In this document: positions 26,450-34,555 of the stretch, one piece after another
Position numbering within the stretch: the stretch's first letter is position 1
Layout of the letters: every line of letters starts with the position of its first letter
Assembly (NCBI GenBank): GCA_021769525.1
Contig: JAETSQ010000003.1
Span: 36,151 to 100,150 of the forward strand
Source: Oscillospiraceae bacterium
GTDB lineage: Bacteria > Bacillota > Clostridia > Oscillospirales > Ruminococcaceae
Reading direction: 5' to 3'
DNA length: 64,000 nucleotides
Position numbers and translations under genes: made by a program
Notes under the pieces: model-generated
The model's database searches: none
What the model saw: the letters and a program-made list of their open reading frames with translations, nothing else
What the model was told of the DNA's origin: nothing

Positions 26450-28039
26450 ATGAAAAAAGACCGCCCTTCCAAAACGGGTATCGGCGGGCTGCTGCCTCAG
26501 CTGGACCCCACCGATATGCTGGTGCCTCTCTTTGTGGTGGTGGGGCTCTGTGCCATCTTCATCCTCAGCCCGGAGCAGAGCACCCGCGTGGTGGACGCCA
26601 TCCGGGGCTTTCTGGGCAACCAGCTCAGCTCCTTCTACATCCTCATCGGGGTGGGCTTTTTGGTGGTGTCCCTCTACATCGCCTTCTCCAAGTACGGGGA
26701 CATCCGCCTGGGGGGACCGGAGGAAAAGCCCGCCTACAGCAACTTCCAGTGGGGGGCCATGATCTTCACCGGCACCATGGCGGCGGACATCCTCTACTAC
26801 TCCTTCTGCGAGTGGGCCCTTTACGCCCAGGAGAGCCGCATCCTGGAGCTGGGCTCGGTGCAGGACTGGGCCAGCACCTACCCCCTCTTCCACTGGGGGC
26901 CGGTGCCCTGGAGCTTCTACATGGTCCTCAGCGCCTGCTTCGGCTTTATGATCCACGTAAGAAAACGCACCAAGCAGAAGTTCAGCGAGGGCTGCCGGGC
27001 GCTGCTGGGGGATAAGGTAGACGGCCCCGTCGGCCACCTCATCGACCTTATCGCTATCTTCGCCCTGCTGGCGGGGACGGCCACCACCTTCTCCCTGGCG
27101 ACGCCCCTCCTCAGCTCGGTGCTGGGGGACATCTTCGGCATCCCTTCCTCCACCCTCCTGACCATCGCCCTGCTGGTGCTGGTGGCGCTGGTCTACACCG
27201 CCGATGTCATCATCGGCTACCACGCCATCATGAAGATGTCGGTGATCTGCGCCTGGCTCTTCTTCGCCCTGCTGGGGTACTTCTTCCTGGGGGGCGGGCA
27301 GGCCCAGTACATCCTGGAGACCGGCATCACCGCCATCGGCAACCTGGTGCAGAACTTCATCGGCATGGTCACATGGGCGGACCCCCTGCGCACCAGCGGC
27401 GATGGTTCCGCCGGTTTTGTCCAGAACTGGACCGTCTTCTACTGGGCCTACTGGATGGCCTGGTGCGTGGCCACCCCCTTCTTCGTGGGGGTCATCAGCA
27501 AGGGCCGCACCATCCGGAATACCATCCTCGGCGGCTACATCGCGGGGCTTTCCAGCACCTTCCTGTCCTTCATCGTCTTCGGCAACTACGGCCTGGGGCT
27601 GGAGATGCACGGGCGGCTGGACCTCTCCGGGGCCATCGCCGCCGGGGCGGACATCCCCACCGTCATCATCTCCATCTTCCACACCCTGCCCCTGCCGGTG
27701 GTGGCGCTGGGGCTGCTGTTTATCACCATGGTGCTCTTCTATGCCACCACCTTCGATTCCCTCACCATGGTGGTGGCCGCCTACTCCTACCGCCGGCTGG
27801 CGGAGGTGGAGGAGCCCCACCACGCGGTGCGCATCTTCTGGGCTTTCATCTTCATCATCTTTCCCATCGGCCTTATCAACGCCCAGAGCTCCCTCAGCAG
27901 CCTCCAGTCGGTCTCCATCGTGGCGGCTTTTCCCATCGGCATCGTCATCGTGCTGCTGGTGGCCAGCTTCCTAAAGGATGCCGGGCGGTACCTGCGGGGG
28001 GAGGACTCTCCGCCTCCCGGCGCTCCGGGGGAGGAATAG
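26450..28039 (+). CDS. BCCT family transporter (choline/betaine/carnitine)
   Basis: WGAMIFTG, LFHWG, WTVFYWAYWMAW, ISKGRTIR. Confidence 0.9.
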   Translation: MKKDRPSKTGIGGLLPQLDPTDMLVPLFVVVGLCAIFILSPEQSTRVVDAIRGFLGNQLSSFYILIGVGFLVVSLYIAFSKYGDIRLGGPEEKPAYSNFQWGAMIFTGTMAADILYYSFCEWALYAQESRILELGSVQDWASTYPLFHWGPVPWSFYMVLSACFGFMIHVRKRTKQKFSEGCRALLGDKVDGPVGHLIDLIAIFALLAGTATTFSLATPLLSSVLGDIFGIPSSTLLTIALLVLVALVYTADVIIGYHAIMKMSVICAWLFFALLGYFFLGGGQAQYILETGITAIGNLVQNFIGMVTWADPLRTSGDGSAGFVQNWTVFYWAYWMAWCVATPFFVGVISKGRTIRNTILGGYIAGLSSTFLSFIVFGNYGLGLEMHGRLDLSGAIAAGADIPTVIISIFHTLPLPVVALGLLFITMVLFYATTFDSLTMVVAAYSYRRLAEVEEPHHAVRIFWAFIFIIFPIGLINAQSSLSSLQSVSIVAAFPIGIVIVLLVASFLKDAGRYLRGEDSPPPGAPGEE

Positions 28040-28188
28040 CCCCCGCCGCGCCCCGTTCCATCGGACTTCAGGGCCGCTTTCTGTGGCCCTTGCAAGTAAG
28101 TTCTGGCCGGTAAAGGTCGCACAGCCCCGCCGCCCAGGGCGAAGAAGTGTTTCAGCGTTGTACCCAAATGTAGTGAGGAGGAAAATCT

Positions 28189-29472
28189 ATGACAAAGACC
28201 CGCGCAAGCAACAAATGGCTGACCCTGATCCTGGTAGCGTTTGCCGGAGGCATCATCACCAAGCTCCCGTACCTCCGGGAAACCTATATGGCCCCCCTGA
28301 TGGAGGCCACCGGCGCCAACGCCACCCAGCTTGGCCTCATCATGTCCGCCTACGGCATCGTGAACTTTATCTGCTACTTCCCCGGCGGCATCCTGGCCGA
28401 TAAGTTCAGCTGCAAATCCCTCATCGTATTCTCCTGCATCGGCACCGCTCTGGCGGGCTTCTGGTTCTGGACCATGCCCAGCTTCATCTGGCTGGTGGTG
28501 ATCCACGCCATCTTCGCCATCACCACCGTGTTCACCTTCTGGGCCGCCATGGTCAAGTCCATCAACCGCCTGGGTGAGGCGGAGGAGCAGGGCCGTCTCT
28601 TCGGTCTGCTGGAGGGCGGACGCGGCCTCATCGGCACCATCGCCGCCTTCGGCTCCGTGGCCGTCTTCTCCTGGGCCACCAACAGCATCGGCGGGATGCA
28701 GAACGCCATCATGTACTACTCCATCCTGATGCTGGTAGCCGGTATCCTCTGCCTCATCTTCATGGAGAACGACAAGCCTGTTGCCAAGACCCCGGAGGAA
28801 AAGGCCGCCGAGGGCAACCCCCTGAACATGAAGGACTTCCTGGAAGTGGCCAAAATGCCCCGCGTCTGGCTGTGCGGCCTGCTGGGCATCTGCAACTACT
28901 CCGCCCTCATCTTCCACGGCTATGTCACCGCTTATCTCTCCGCCGCCTTTGAGATCCCCGATTCCACTGTCGCCACCCTTTCCGTTGTCCGTACCTACAT
29001 GATGATGATGCTGGGCGCCTTCGCCGCCGGCTTCATCGCCGATAAGCTGGGCAGCCGCATCAAGTTCATCCAGTTCGGATTCATCGGCATGACCATCTTT
29101 GCCCTGGCCTATGTGGTCATCCCCGCCGGCAAGTCCTCCATCCCGCTGATCGTGGCCACCTTCGTGGTGTACGGCCTCTGCCTCTACGCCATCAAGGCCC
29201 TGTACTTCGCCACCATCGATGAGGTCATGGTCCCCAAGCGCTTGGCTGGTACCGCCTCCGGCGTTATCTCTCTGTGCACCTACGCCCCGGAAATTTTCCT
29301 GTACACCCTCTCCGGCAGCATGGTGGATAAGTACGTTGGCACCGCCACCCCCCTCAAGGGCTACATGAACTGCTTCATCGCCATGTCGGTCCTTTCCGCC
29401 ATCGGCTTTGTCTCCGCCTTCGTTCTGCTGCGCCTCAACAGCAAGGCCCGGAAGGAAGCCGGTCTGGCCTGA
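28189..29472 (+). CDS. MFS transporter (YqcE/YihN-like)
   Basis: About 12 TMs, MFS motif A (GGILADKFS), KLPYLR N-terminus. Confidence 0.85.
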   Translation: MTKTRASNKWLTLILVAFAGGIITKLPYLRETYMAPLMEATGANATQLGLIMSAYGIVNFICYFPGGILADKFSCKSLIVFSCIGTALAGFWFWTMPSFIWLVVIHAIFAITTVFTFWAAMVKSINRLGEAEEQGRLFGLLEGGRGLIGTIAAFGSVAVFSWATNSIGGMQNAIMYYSILMLVAGILCLIFMENDKPVAKTPEEKAAEGNPLNMKDFLEVAKMPRVWLCGLLGICNYSALIFHGYVTAYLSAAFEIPDSTVATLSVVRTYMMMMLGAFAAGFIADKLGSRIKFIQFGFIGMTIFALAYVVIPAGKSSIPLIVATFVVYGLCLYAIKALYFATIDEVMVPKRLAGTASGVISLCTYAPEIFLYTLSGSMVDKYVGTATPLKGYMNCFIAMSVLSAIGFVSAFVLLRLNSKARKEAGLA

Positions 29473-29564
29473 ATGATATGAGCATCTGCCGGACGGCAGA
29501 AATACAGCGGGGCCGCTTTTCGCGGCCCCGTTTGAACAGGCTCTAAGAAAGGAGTGCGCTTGCC

Positions 29565-30290
29565 ATGATCAAAAACTACGCCCACCGGGGCTTTTGCAGC
29601 CGCTACCCGGAAAATACCCTCCTGGCCTTTGAGAAGGCCCTGGCGGAGGGTGTGGACGGCATCGAAAACGACGTCCAGCTCACAAAGGACGGCCAGATCA
29701 TCATCATGCACGATGAGAGCATCGACCGCACCACCGACGGAAAAGGCTGGGTGAAGGACCTGACCCTGGCCCAGCTAAAGGAACTGAACGCCAACGAGAA
29801 GTTCGGCAGTCAGTTCCCGGTGCAGCGGGTGCCCACCCTCCGGGAGTACCTGGAGCTGGTGAAGGACGAGCCCATCCTCACCAATATTGAGATGAAGACC
29901 GGGGTCTTTGAGTACCGGGAGATGGAGCAGCTGCTGGTGGATATGCTCCGGGAGTACAAGGTGGAGGACCGCATCCTCATCACCAGCTTCAACCACTTCA
30001 CCATCATGCGGATGAAGAAGCTGGCCCCGGAGCTGAAGTACGGCTTCCTGGCCTACGACTGGCGGCTGGACGCCGGGGAATACACCAAGAAGAACGGCAT
30101 CCCCTGCTACCACCCGGATTACCACAACCTCACCCCGGAGGTGGTGGAGGATCTGCACAGCCACGGCATCGAGGTGAACCCCTACACCGTGGACGACCCG
30201 GAGGACATCCGGGACATGATGGCCAAGGGGGTCCACAGCGTCATCAGCAACTGCCCCGACGTGGTGAACCGCGTCCGGGCGGAGAAGTAA
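29565..30290 (+). CDS. Glycerophosphodiester phosphodiesterase (UgpQ/GlpQ family, cytoplasmic)
   Basis: AHRG, ENT, IENDVQLTKDG, HDE, NIEMK; no signal peptide. Confidence 0.92.
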   Translation: MIKNYAHRGFCSRYPENTLLAFEKALAEGVDGIENDVQLTKDGQIIIMHDESIDRTTDGKGWVKDLTLAQLKELNANEKFGSQFPVQRVPTLREYLELVKDEPILTNIEMKTGVFEYREMEQLLVDMLREYKVEDRILITSFNHFTIMRMKKLAPELKYGFLAYDWRLDAGEYTKKNGIPCYHPDYHNLTPEVVEDLHSHGIEVNPYTVDDPEDIRDMMAKGVHSVISNCPDVVNRVRAEK

Positions 30291-30423
30291 AGGGCCCGCC
30301 TGGCTGGTAGGCCGCAAAACAAAATGCCGCTTTCCCCGCAAAGAGCGCAAACGAAAAGGGCCCGCCGAGAGGCGGACCCTTTTGCTTAGGTCGCAGGCCC
30401 CCCGGAGGGGGCCGTTTTTTTGT

Positions 30424-33400
30424 TTAGGCGCTGGGCTGTTCGTTGGGGTCGGTCGTTTCTGCCGGCGTCTCCGGAGTTGGGGTTTCAGGGGTTGTTGGGT
30501 CAACGGGATTTGGATCGACAGGATTCGGGTCGACAGGATTCGGGTCAACGGGATTTGGATCGACGGGATTTGGGTTGTCAGGATTATCCGGATTCGTGGG
30601 GCCCACCGGATCCACCGGGTTGGGATTCTCTTCTTCCGCCGCGGTAACAGTCACCTCGCAGGTGACCTTGATAGTCCCCGCTTGGGCGGTAATGGTGGCT
30701 GTGCCCGCCTTAATGCCCTTCACAGTACCGCCGCTGACGGTAGCAACGCTGGAGTCGCTGCTGCTCCAGGTGATGGTGTCGGTGCTGTTTGTCGGCTCTA
30801 CAGTGGCACTCAAACTTTCGCTGGCCCCTGCCTTAAGGGTGAGATTTCCGGGTACTCCTGTGATACCGGTAGCCGGAGTGGATGCGGCGTTGACCGTAAC
30901 GGAGCAGGTAGCGGTAAGATTGGTTCCCGCAACCTTAGCGGTGATTGTAGCACTGCCAACCTTTACAGCGGTTACAGTGCCGCCGCTGACGGTGGCAACG
31001 CTGGAGTCGCTGCTGGACCACTCAATTGTACCGGAGGCCCCCTCCGGTGTCAAGTTAGCGGAGACGGTTCCGTTGTCGCCCACTTTAAGGGAAAGGCTGC
31101 TGGGATTGAGACTGATGCCGGTGGGCGCCACGGTGCCGGGCTTCACCGTCACCTTGCAGGTGGCGCTGACATTCCCCGCCTTGGCGGTGATGACGGCTTC
31201 GCCTGCCGCGATGCCCCGCACCGTGCCGCCGCTGACAGTGGCAATGCCCTCGTTGCTGCTGGACCAGGTGATGGTGTCGGTGCTGTCGGCCGGTTCCAGG
31301 GTGGCATGGATGGCGGCGGTCTCGCCCGCCTTCACCTCCAGGCTCCCCGGCATACTGATGCCGGTGGCAGCCACCGCGGCCTTGGTGACGGTGACGTTGC
31401 AGGTGGCGGTAAAGCCGCCCTCCGCCGTGGTGACGGTGATGACGGCGGTGCCCTCCTTCATGCCGGTCACCTTGCCGTTCGCGTCCACTGTGGCGACGTC
31501 GCCGTTGCTGGTGGTCCAGGTCACCGCCTTGTTGAAGGCGTTCTCCGGAAGCACGGTGGCCACAAGGGTCTCGCTCTTGCTGATGGCTAAGGTAAGGTCA
31601 GTCCGGTTCAGGGTCACGCCGGTGACGTTGGCCCCCTTGGCGGCCATCAGCTCCTGCACCTTGGACCACTTGCCGGCTTTCAGGAGTTCCTCTTCGGTGA
31701 TGCCCAGGGCCTCCGCCGCGGCGCGGCGCTCCCTGGCGGTGCTCACCCGCTTGGAGGGGGAGAGCTCGCTCATCTCCTCCTCGGAGAGGAAGAGCCGGAA
31801 CTCCAGGGTGCGCTCCTCAATAAGGTGGAGCATGGCCTCCAGGTCGTCCTCCAGATCAAAGAGCTCGTTGGAGGTGAGGTACTTCTTGGCGTCGGCCTCC
31901 CGCTGCTGGGCCAGGGCCTTCTGCTCCTCCAGGGAGAGGTTCTTCTGCTCCTCCTCGGTGAGCCACTTGGCGTTGATCTGCTTCTCGGCCTCTTCCTGCT
32001 GGCGCTTCAGCTCGGCCTCCTGCTGCTTCTTCAGGTGGGCGTACCACTCGGCGGGCATCACGGGGTTGGTGTTGATGGTGGCCCCGGCGGTATCCACGTC
32101 CAGGGACTCCCCGTCCCGCACCTTGCGGGCAAAGACCACGAACCGGGCGATGTGATCGCCGTTCTCCGCCTTGAAGGAGTAATCGCAGGTGGACATGGTG
32201 AGGAGGAGGTCATCGGTGCGGACATCCACCTTGGTGTTCAGGATGGAGCGCTCCCGGATCTTGTTGACGTACTCCGCCATCTCCTCATCGCTTTCCTTAT
32301 CGATGAAGTTGTGGTAGAGGAAGTCGGGGTCGTCCTTTTTGCACACCACAACGGCGAAGATCTTGTACATCCCCTCGTAGTAGACGCTGTCGTAGCTCAC
32401 CAGGGGGTGGGTGCGGTAGAAATCGATGGACTTGTACTTCAGCAGCTCGCCGAACATCTGCCCGTCGTTCATGTTGTGGGAGTAGATGATGGTATTGGTG
32501 CTGGGCTCCCGCTGGAACACCCGGTAGTCCACAAAGGCCACGCCGTGCTGGTTGCTGGCCCCGGTGAAGTCCCGGCGCTCGTAGTACAGGTTGTCGTCGG
32601 TCTGCACCACCACCATGTCCAGGTGCTCGGTGCCGTCGATCTTGATCCACCCGGCCACGTCCGGGTTCTGGGCGTAGAGGGCGGCGAATTTGGGCAGGTA
32701 GCCGCTGGGATAGCCGTCCACATCCTCCGGGCGGATGTCCGAGTTGCTGTAGGCGTCCCGCTGGTTCTGGACCAGTCCCTTGTTCTTGTGGGACTCCCCG
32801 AAGACGCTGCCGATGTAGATGATGCAGCCCACGAACACCGCCACCGAAAGGCCGAGGATGCCCAGACGGAGGCTGTCCTGCTTTGTGAGTTTTTTATAAC
32901 GGATCTTCTGAATGAGATTCATGTCCTTCGCTTCCTTCTCTCCGTTGGGGTCATTGGAGGAGCCGCCCCTGGGCAGAAGGCCGGAGACGGCGGCCAGCAG
33001 CCGGTCCACCGGGCTCTGCACGCCGGGGGCCGCGTGGCTGAGGGGCACTCCGCCGGGCAGCTGGGCCGGATAGTGCTGGAGGTAGAGCCGCAGCATATTC
33101 AGCACCTGGACACAGGCGGCGGAACGGATGGCCTCCGCCGGGCAGTCCGGGGGGAGGATGAGCTTTTTGGCCCACACCTGCCGCCCGTCGGTGACGGCGG
33201 CGTAGATCTGCCCCGCCTTGGGGCCGCTGGGGTCCACCCCGCAGGTGACCGCCAGGCCCAGGCTGGCCCCGGCCTTTTTGCGCACCAGGGCGGCCATGGC
33301 GGCGGCCACCCGGCGGCTGACGCCGCCCGCCTCCTTCAGGAGCTTTTCCGGAACGCCCAGGCGCTCCACCTTCTGGCTGTCGGTGGGGACGGTCATCCCC

Positions 33401-34287
33401 CCCAGCAGCACCTTGTCGGTCTGGCCGCCCCCCTTGAGGAGGGAAGCCAGGTGCCCGCCGGTGCCGGATTCGGCGGTGGCGGCGGTGAGGCCGTGCTTTT
33501 GGAGGAGGCGGTCCACCTGCTGGTTCAGGGGCTCTCCCTGGGTGCTGGTGAGAAGGGCGCCCAGCCGCTCCCCGATCTCCTGGGCCATCTCATCGCACCG
33601 GGCCTGGGCATCCGCCCCGGCGGCGGTGATGTGTATCTCGCACTCCCCGCCCTGGCTCTGGAGGGCCACGCGGGGATTCTGGGAGCGGAAGTAGGGCTCC
33701 AGCTGGGAGCGGATGGAGGTCTCCCCCAGCTCCACCGCCCGCAGGGTCCGCTGGGCGGAGGAGCCGCCCCCCACCCCGGCCAGCATCTGCCGCACCGTGG
33801 AGGTGAAGCACCCCATCAGCTCGCTGGGGGTGGCGGGGAGCACCAGCATCAGCTGCTTTTTCGCGCTGAGGGCGTACCCCTGGACCATGCCGGAGGGGTT
33901 CAGGATCCGCCGGCACCCGCCGGGGGCGGCGGCAAAGGCCTCCACCTCCGCCTGGGTGTAGGGGGCCGCCTCCTGGGAGGCCCTGCGGGCCAGTTGGCGC
34001 ACCAGGGCGGGGTCGATGCGGGGCTCCAGCCGCAGCCCCTGGCAGACCGCCTCGGTGACCGCGGCGGCCGCCGCCGGCTCCGGGGTGGTGAGGACCACCA
34101 CCAGGTCGCCCCGCTGGGATACCTCCAGCAGCTGGGCAAAGACCTCCGCTGTCCGGCCGGGGACCAGCCGGGAGCTGCCCAGGGTGACGCCCAGGGCGGC
34201 CAGCTCCCGCTGGAGGTACTCCCGCGACGCCTCAAAGAAGCTCTGATATTTGCTTTGGTTTCCAACGCCGATGATCTCTGCTCTCAT
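30424..34287 (-). CDS. CinA-like domain - TM - class B sortase - helical stalk - 4x Big_2 - Pro-rich tail fusion (1287 aa)
   Basis: N-terminus MRAEIIGVG and ATAESGTGG (CinA-like); single TM at about aa 475-497; sortase His604 (IIYSHNM), Cys701 (LTMSTC), Arg715; four 'TW.SS...VATV..G.V' Ig-like repeats. Confidence 0.85.
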   Translation of the reverse strand: MRAEIIGVGNQSKYQSFFEASREYLQRELAALGVTLGSSRLVPGRTAEVFAQLLEVSQRGDLVVVLTTPEPAAAAAVTEAVCQGLRLEPRIDPALVRQLARRASQEAAPYTQAEVEAFAAAPGGCRRILNPSGMVQGYALSAKKQLMLVLPATPSELMGCFTSTVRQMLAGVGGGSSAQRTLRAVELGETSIRSQLEPYFRSQNPRVALQSQGGECEIHITAAGADAQARCDEMAQEIGERLGALLTSTQGEPLNQQVDRLLQKHGLTAATAESGTGGHLASLLKGGGQTDKVLLGGMTVPTDSQKVERLGVPEKLLKEAGGVSRRVAAAMAALVRKKAGASLGLAVTCGVDPSGPKAGQIYAAVTDGRQVWAKKLILPPDCPAEAIRSAACVQVLNMLRLYLQHYPAQLPGGVPLSHAAPGVQSPVDRLLAAVSGLLPRGGSSNDPNGEKEAKDMNLIQKIRYKKLTKQDSLRLGILGLSVAVFVGCIIYIGSVFGESHKNKGLVQNQRDAYSNSDIRPEDVDGYPSGYLPKFAALYAQNPDVAGWIKIDGTEHLDMVVVQTDDNLYYERRDFTGASNQHGVAFVDYRVFQREPSTNTIIYSHNMNDGQMFGELLKYKSIDFYRTHPLVSYDSVYYEGMYKIFAVVVCKKDDPDFLYHNFIDKESDEEMAEYVNKIRERSILNTKVDVRTDDLLLTMSTCDYSFKAENGDHIARFVVFARKVRDGESLDVDTAGATINTNPVMPAEWYAHLKKQQEAELKRQQEEAEKQINAKWLTEEEQKNLSLEEQKALAQQREADAKKYLTSNELFDLEDDLEAMLHLIEERTLEFRLFLSEEEMSELSPSKRVSTARERRAAAEALGITEEELLKAGKWSKVQELMAAKGANVTGVTLNRTDLTLAISKSETLVATVLPENAFNKAVTWTTSNGDVATVDANGKVTGMKEGTAVITVTTAEGGFTATCNVTVTKAAVAATGISMPGSLEVKAGETAAIHATLEPADSTDTITWSSSNEGIATVSGGTVRGIAAGEAVITAKAGNVSATCKVTVKPGTVAPTGISLNPSSLSLKVGDNGTVSANLTPEGASGTIEWSSSDSSVATVSGGTVTAVKVGSATITAKVAGTNLTATCSVTVNAASTPATGITGVPGNLTLKAGASESLSATVEPTNSTDTITWSSSDSSVATVSGGTVKGIKAGTATITAQAGTIKVTCEVTVTAAEEENPNPVDPVGPTNPDNPDNPNPVDPNPVDPNPVDPNPVDPNPVDPTTPETPTPETPAETTDPNEQPSA
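30497..30571 (-). repeat. 5 x 15-bp coding tandem repeat (PNPVD)
   Basis: gggtcaacgggattt-type units at 30497, 30512, 30527, 30542 and 30557. Confidence 0.9.
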
Positions 34288-34315
34288 GGAATCATGACCT
34301 CCAAGGGTTTATAAA

Positions 34316-34477
34316 GAACCTGCATTCACAACCGTCTAACGCCGTCAGGCCGGGCCTTTTTTCGCCCTGCTGCGTTAAAAATCCTTGTAATACACCAAGT
34401 ATTCCTGCGGATTTTTGCCTTGCAGGACGGAAAAATTCCTCGGCCTGCCTGCATCATCCGGTCATGAATACAGGTTC
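34316..34477. mobile_element. MITE, subfamily B (162 bp)
   Basis: TIRs gaacctgcattcacaaccg / cggtcatgaatacaggttc (16/19), flanked by AAA on both sides; long internal rod hairpin. Confidence 0.75.
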
Positions 34478-34555
34478 AAACTTCCCACACATTCGGGTTC
34501 TTTATCTATTATAGCTATTATAGTGCAGCCGGCTTTCCGGCGGATGCGCAGCGCC

